From the NCBI GenBank assembly GCA_965216635.1, contig OZ244188.1, positions 896,001-960,000 of the forward strand: a stretch of 64,000 nucleotides of DNA, given 5' to 3'. Position numbers and translations under genes: made by a program. This stretch comes from a bacterium (GTDB lineage: Bacteria > SAR324 > XYD2-FULL-50-16 > G965216635). Shown here in pieces: positions 61,483 to 64,000 of this stretch (position 1 is the stretch's first letter; every line of letters begins with the position of its first letter). The notes beneath the pieces were generated by a model, which had not been told where the DNA came from, did no database searches, and saw nothing but the letters and a program-made list of their open reading frames with translations.

Positions 61483-62532
61483 TTATTTTTGCCAAGGATA
61501 ACCCTTATTTTTTTTGATTTTTTGGTATTTTTTAATAAGTTTTTGGTATTCACGGAGTAGTTTTTCTCCCTCGTTTCCGTTCTTAGATTTCCAAGTTTCA
61601 ATTTCGTTTTTTCCAGCCTTAAGAAGTTTTTTCTTATCTTTTCTCTTTAACGAAACCACTTTCACTTGATGACCATCTATACCATCTATCAATTTTTGAC
61701 GAATGCTTTCTCTATTTTCAATCATAGCTTTTGCAAAATCGTCAATAAATTCTAAACTCACCTTCTTAATCAAATTTTGGTGCTTGGGGCTTAGTTTTTG
61801 TAAAAAATCTTGATTGATAACAATTCCAAAACTCATATTCTGTCCCCAGTTGAGTTCTAACAGATTTTTGGCAACCTCGTATTGCTTATAGGCTTCAATG
61901 GAATAGTAGTAATTCTGGTTACAATCCACTAAACCTGTTTGCAAGGCTTGATAAACTGCTGGCTGCGAAAGTTTTTGGACACTAGCTCCTAGGCTAGAAA
62001 AAACCCTTCCATAAGGACCACTCGCTCTAATTTTTGTTTTTTGTAGTTCTTGTATAGAAGACACTTTTTTTTTGCATATTAACTGAATAGGTCCCGTAGT
62101 ATAATTAGAAAGATAAACTACATTGGAGTTTTCAAATTGTTTTTGCATAGCAGCAGAATTTTGCACCAGTTGAGAAAGAGCCCGCATACCTACCCATTCA
62201 TCCGCCCATTCGTTAGAATGAGAAACAGGTAAATCTCCCAAAGTATAAAGACTCAATTCCTTAGGGGTTAAAAATCCGACAACAGAGCCCATATCCGCTG
62301 CGCCGTCGCCTACTCCTTTTAAGATAGATCTTATTTTCAACAAAGAACCTCCCCAAAAAAACTGAATTTGGAGTTCTTTATTGCTTGCTTTTTCTAATTT
62401 TTTAGCAAATTGTTGTAAGGCTTGTGCCCTCAGACCACGGTTCGGAGAAAATTCTGCAAAGCGAATTGTTTTTGCATAGCTAATGTTAATACAAAAAATA
62501 AAAATCAGTAGGGGAAGTGTTTTTTTAAACAT
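61483..62532 (-). CDS. TRAP transporter substrate-binding protein (DctP-like)
   Basis: FWGGSLL, GVGDGAADMG, KTKIRASG, VYQALQTGLVD. Confidence 0.88.
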   Translation of the reverse strand: MFKKTLPLLIFIFCINISYAKTIRFAEFSPNRGLRAQALQQFAKKLEKASNKELQIQFFWGGSLLKIRSILKGVGDGAADMGSVVGFLTPKELSLYTLGDLPVSHSNEWADEWVGMRALSQLVQNSAAMQKQFENSNVVYLSNYTTGPIQLICKKKVSSIQELQKTKIRASGPYGRVFSSLGASVQKLSQPAVYQALQTGLVDCNQNYYYSIEAYKQYEVAKNLLELNWGQNMSFGIVINQDFLQKLSPKHQNLIKKVSLEFIDDFAKAMIENRESIRQKLIDGIDGHQVKVVSLKRKDKKKLLKAGKNEIETWKSKNGNEGEKLLREYQKLIKKYQKIKKNKGYPWQK

Positions 62533-62667
62533 ATTTTTGAAACTATAGTGAGAGTTTTGAATTAGTGTTATGACGTTTTTGTTTTAAACTTCAGACAGAT
62601 TATCGCCAAAGTACTTATCTGCACTTTGGTGGTTCGTACCTGTTCTAACCATTTGGCTTAACGCTAG

Positions 62668-62703
62668 ATTTTTTTTTTTTGCTTTTACGAAAAGCAAAAA
62701 AAA
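62668..62703 (-). terminator. Intrinsic terminator-like hairpin, possibly bidirectional
   Basis: T-tract-gctttt-acg-aaaagc-A-tract downstream of 62784-63293. Confidence 0.55.
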
Positions 62704-62783
62704 TTACCTTTTTGAGAGGATAATTGAAAAAAAATCTAAAAAAAAATAAATAAAATTTATCTCCCATAAACTGAACATTACTG

Positions 62784-63293
62784 CTAACTCGCAGTTTTTA
62801 AAAGTTGCAGTATAGTTACAACCAACCCACCAACTGCTAACTGGACTGACACACCCCAAAATAACAAAGTGTTTTTGTTTTTTTCTGCTTCTGTTCTCAT
62901 CATTTCTATTTTTAAATCGGTATCGCTTTTGTTTTTTGCTGCTTCTGTTCTCATCTTTTCTATTTTCAAATCGGTAGCGCTTTTGTTTTTTGCTATAGTT
63001 TTTTCTAGGTCGCTTTTGGTTTTTATTATTTCCTTCTCAATATCTTTCAGTTTTATGTCTGTATCGCTTTTGTTGTCTGAAATGATGGCTTCCAATCTCC
63101 AGATATCCCCTTTGTCCGTAGGAAGAGTGGTATCCAAACCCGCTTCTGCAGCACTAGAAGCCAAAGCTTTTGGGACCAGTTCTACAAACTCTCCAATAGC
63201 AATCTCTGCGCTCTTTTTTTCTGCACCTAGTCCAATCAAAAGATCGTAGATTTTAGTAGAAGTAAATTTTTGTGCTGTAGTTGTTCTTAACAT
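62784..63293 (-). CDS. Coiled-coil repeat protein with C-terminal TM anchor (DUF1640/CCDC90/Bdr-like)
   Basis: PTDKGDIWRLE, 18-aa repeats KNKS(A/D)TDLKIE.MRTEA, then LLFWGVSVQLAVGGLVVTIL. Confidence 0.7.
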   Translation of the reverse strand: MLRTTTAQKFTSTKIYDLLIGLGAEKKSAEIAIGEFVELVPKALASSAAEAGLDTTLPTDKGDIWRLEAIISDNKSDTDIKLKDIEKEIIKTKSDLEKTIAKNKSATDLKIEKMRTEAAKNKSDTDLKIEMMRTEAEKNKNTLLFWGVSVQLAVGGLVVTILQLLKTAS

Positions 63294-63554
63294 TTTACTT
63301 TTATAAGGTTTTTATTTTGGTTATTTTATTTGGTTGTTTTATTTTAGCAAATTGTCCTATTAAAGTCAAGTTCTAAAAAATAAAAAGATTATGGGGCAGA
63401 ATTAAAAAAATGTCCACTGCAATTTTGTTTTTTAGGTGTTTTTGCGGGAACGTTATTTTTTGCTTATTCAACCATTTTGGGTAAAAATGTGTCCCCGTTC
63501 TTAAGAAGATGTTTGGGGAAATGCGGGGCGTTATTTTTTATTTTATGTAGGTCT

Positions 63555-63661
63555 GTAGAGACGCTCTATACGAGCGTCTCATAAATTCAGAACTTTTATT
63601 AAAATAGTTTTTTTTGTGGTTTATGCACATCATATAAGACGCCCGTGTAGGGCGTCTCTAC
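63555..63661. repeat. Inverted pair of GTAG-type REP palindromes (REPIN-like)
   Basis: GTAGagacgctc-tatac-gagcgtctc at 63555-63580 and the inverted agacgccc-gtgta-gggcgtctCTAC at 63637-63661. Confidence 0.75.
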
Positions 63662-63700
63662 ATGTTATGCTTTGCAACATCCATTGTAGGTTTTTTTTTG

Positions 63701-64000
63701 TTAAAAGCGCCAAAGCAGGGAAATGCTGACGACTACGGGGGCTTTGATTTCGGCTTCTATCTTCTGCGCTGCTGGAGTTGTGACTTCTTGTATTTCCACA
63801 TCTCGGCTGCGGAATTGGGTTACTTCTATTCTTGAATCCCTCACACCTGTGCTATAGTTGAATCCGTATCTGGTGTTGTCAAATTCCACAAGGCCATCTC
63901 CTCCTCCAACCGTTGCTGAATCGCCTCTTTCAGTCTGTGTTTCGCTAAAAGTTCTGCCAGTGGGAATCGGAGCAGAAACTGTACGGCTTATAGAAATACC
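63701..64000 (-). CDS. C-terminal part of a protein extending beyond the window, possibly outer-membrane beta-barrel
   Basis: Frame open from 64000 (GISISRTVSAP..VVVSISLLWRF*), terminal Phe, visibly higher GC. Confidence 0.5.
   Translation of the reverse strand, partial: GISISRTVSAPIPTGRTFSETQTERGDSATVGGGDGLVEFDNTRYGFNYSTGVRDSRIEVTQFRSRDVEIQEVTTPAAQKIEAEIKAPVVVSISLLWRF

Overview
AT-rich chromosomal window from a diderm bacterium (lpxC, lipoproteins and cdaA-cdaR present; a delta-proteobacterial/SAR324-like or host-associated lineage is a guess, not shown). The backbone is housekeeping: thrS, ilvD, gap, HU, mlaE, cdaA/cdaR, aceEF, lpdA, a LIV-type ABC transporter with a hydantoin/allantoin racemase, infB, nusA, lpxC, mrdA-mreDCB, ogt, accCB, a metE-like gene and TRAP dctP/dctQ. 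Accessory content: (i) a defence-like hotspot around thrS with a type IIG RM enzyme, an M15-like gene, a Ser/Thr kinase fused to a CxCxxC..H TIM-barrel-like domain (one in-frame TAA) coupled to a PD-(D/E)XK nuclease, and a HicB relic, all separated by interleaved direct repeats (RM 3' end x2, thrS promoter x3, thrS 3' end x2); (ii) an EcoRI/RsrI-type type II RM pair and an internally deleted MTase-HNH between lpdA and aceE; (iii) convergent triplets of GT25 and GT2 glycosyltransferases; (iv) about 11 full or partial copies of a modular hairpin-rich MITE-like element; (v) in-frame repeat expansions in nusA and in an apparently catalytically dead MetE; (vi) a GTAG-type REP doublet. No rRNA, tRNA, CRISPR array, integrase or transposase was recognised.
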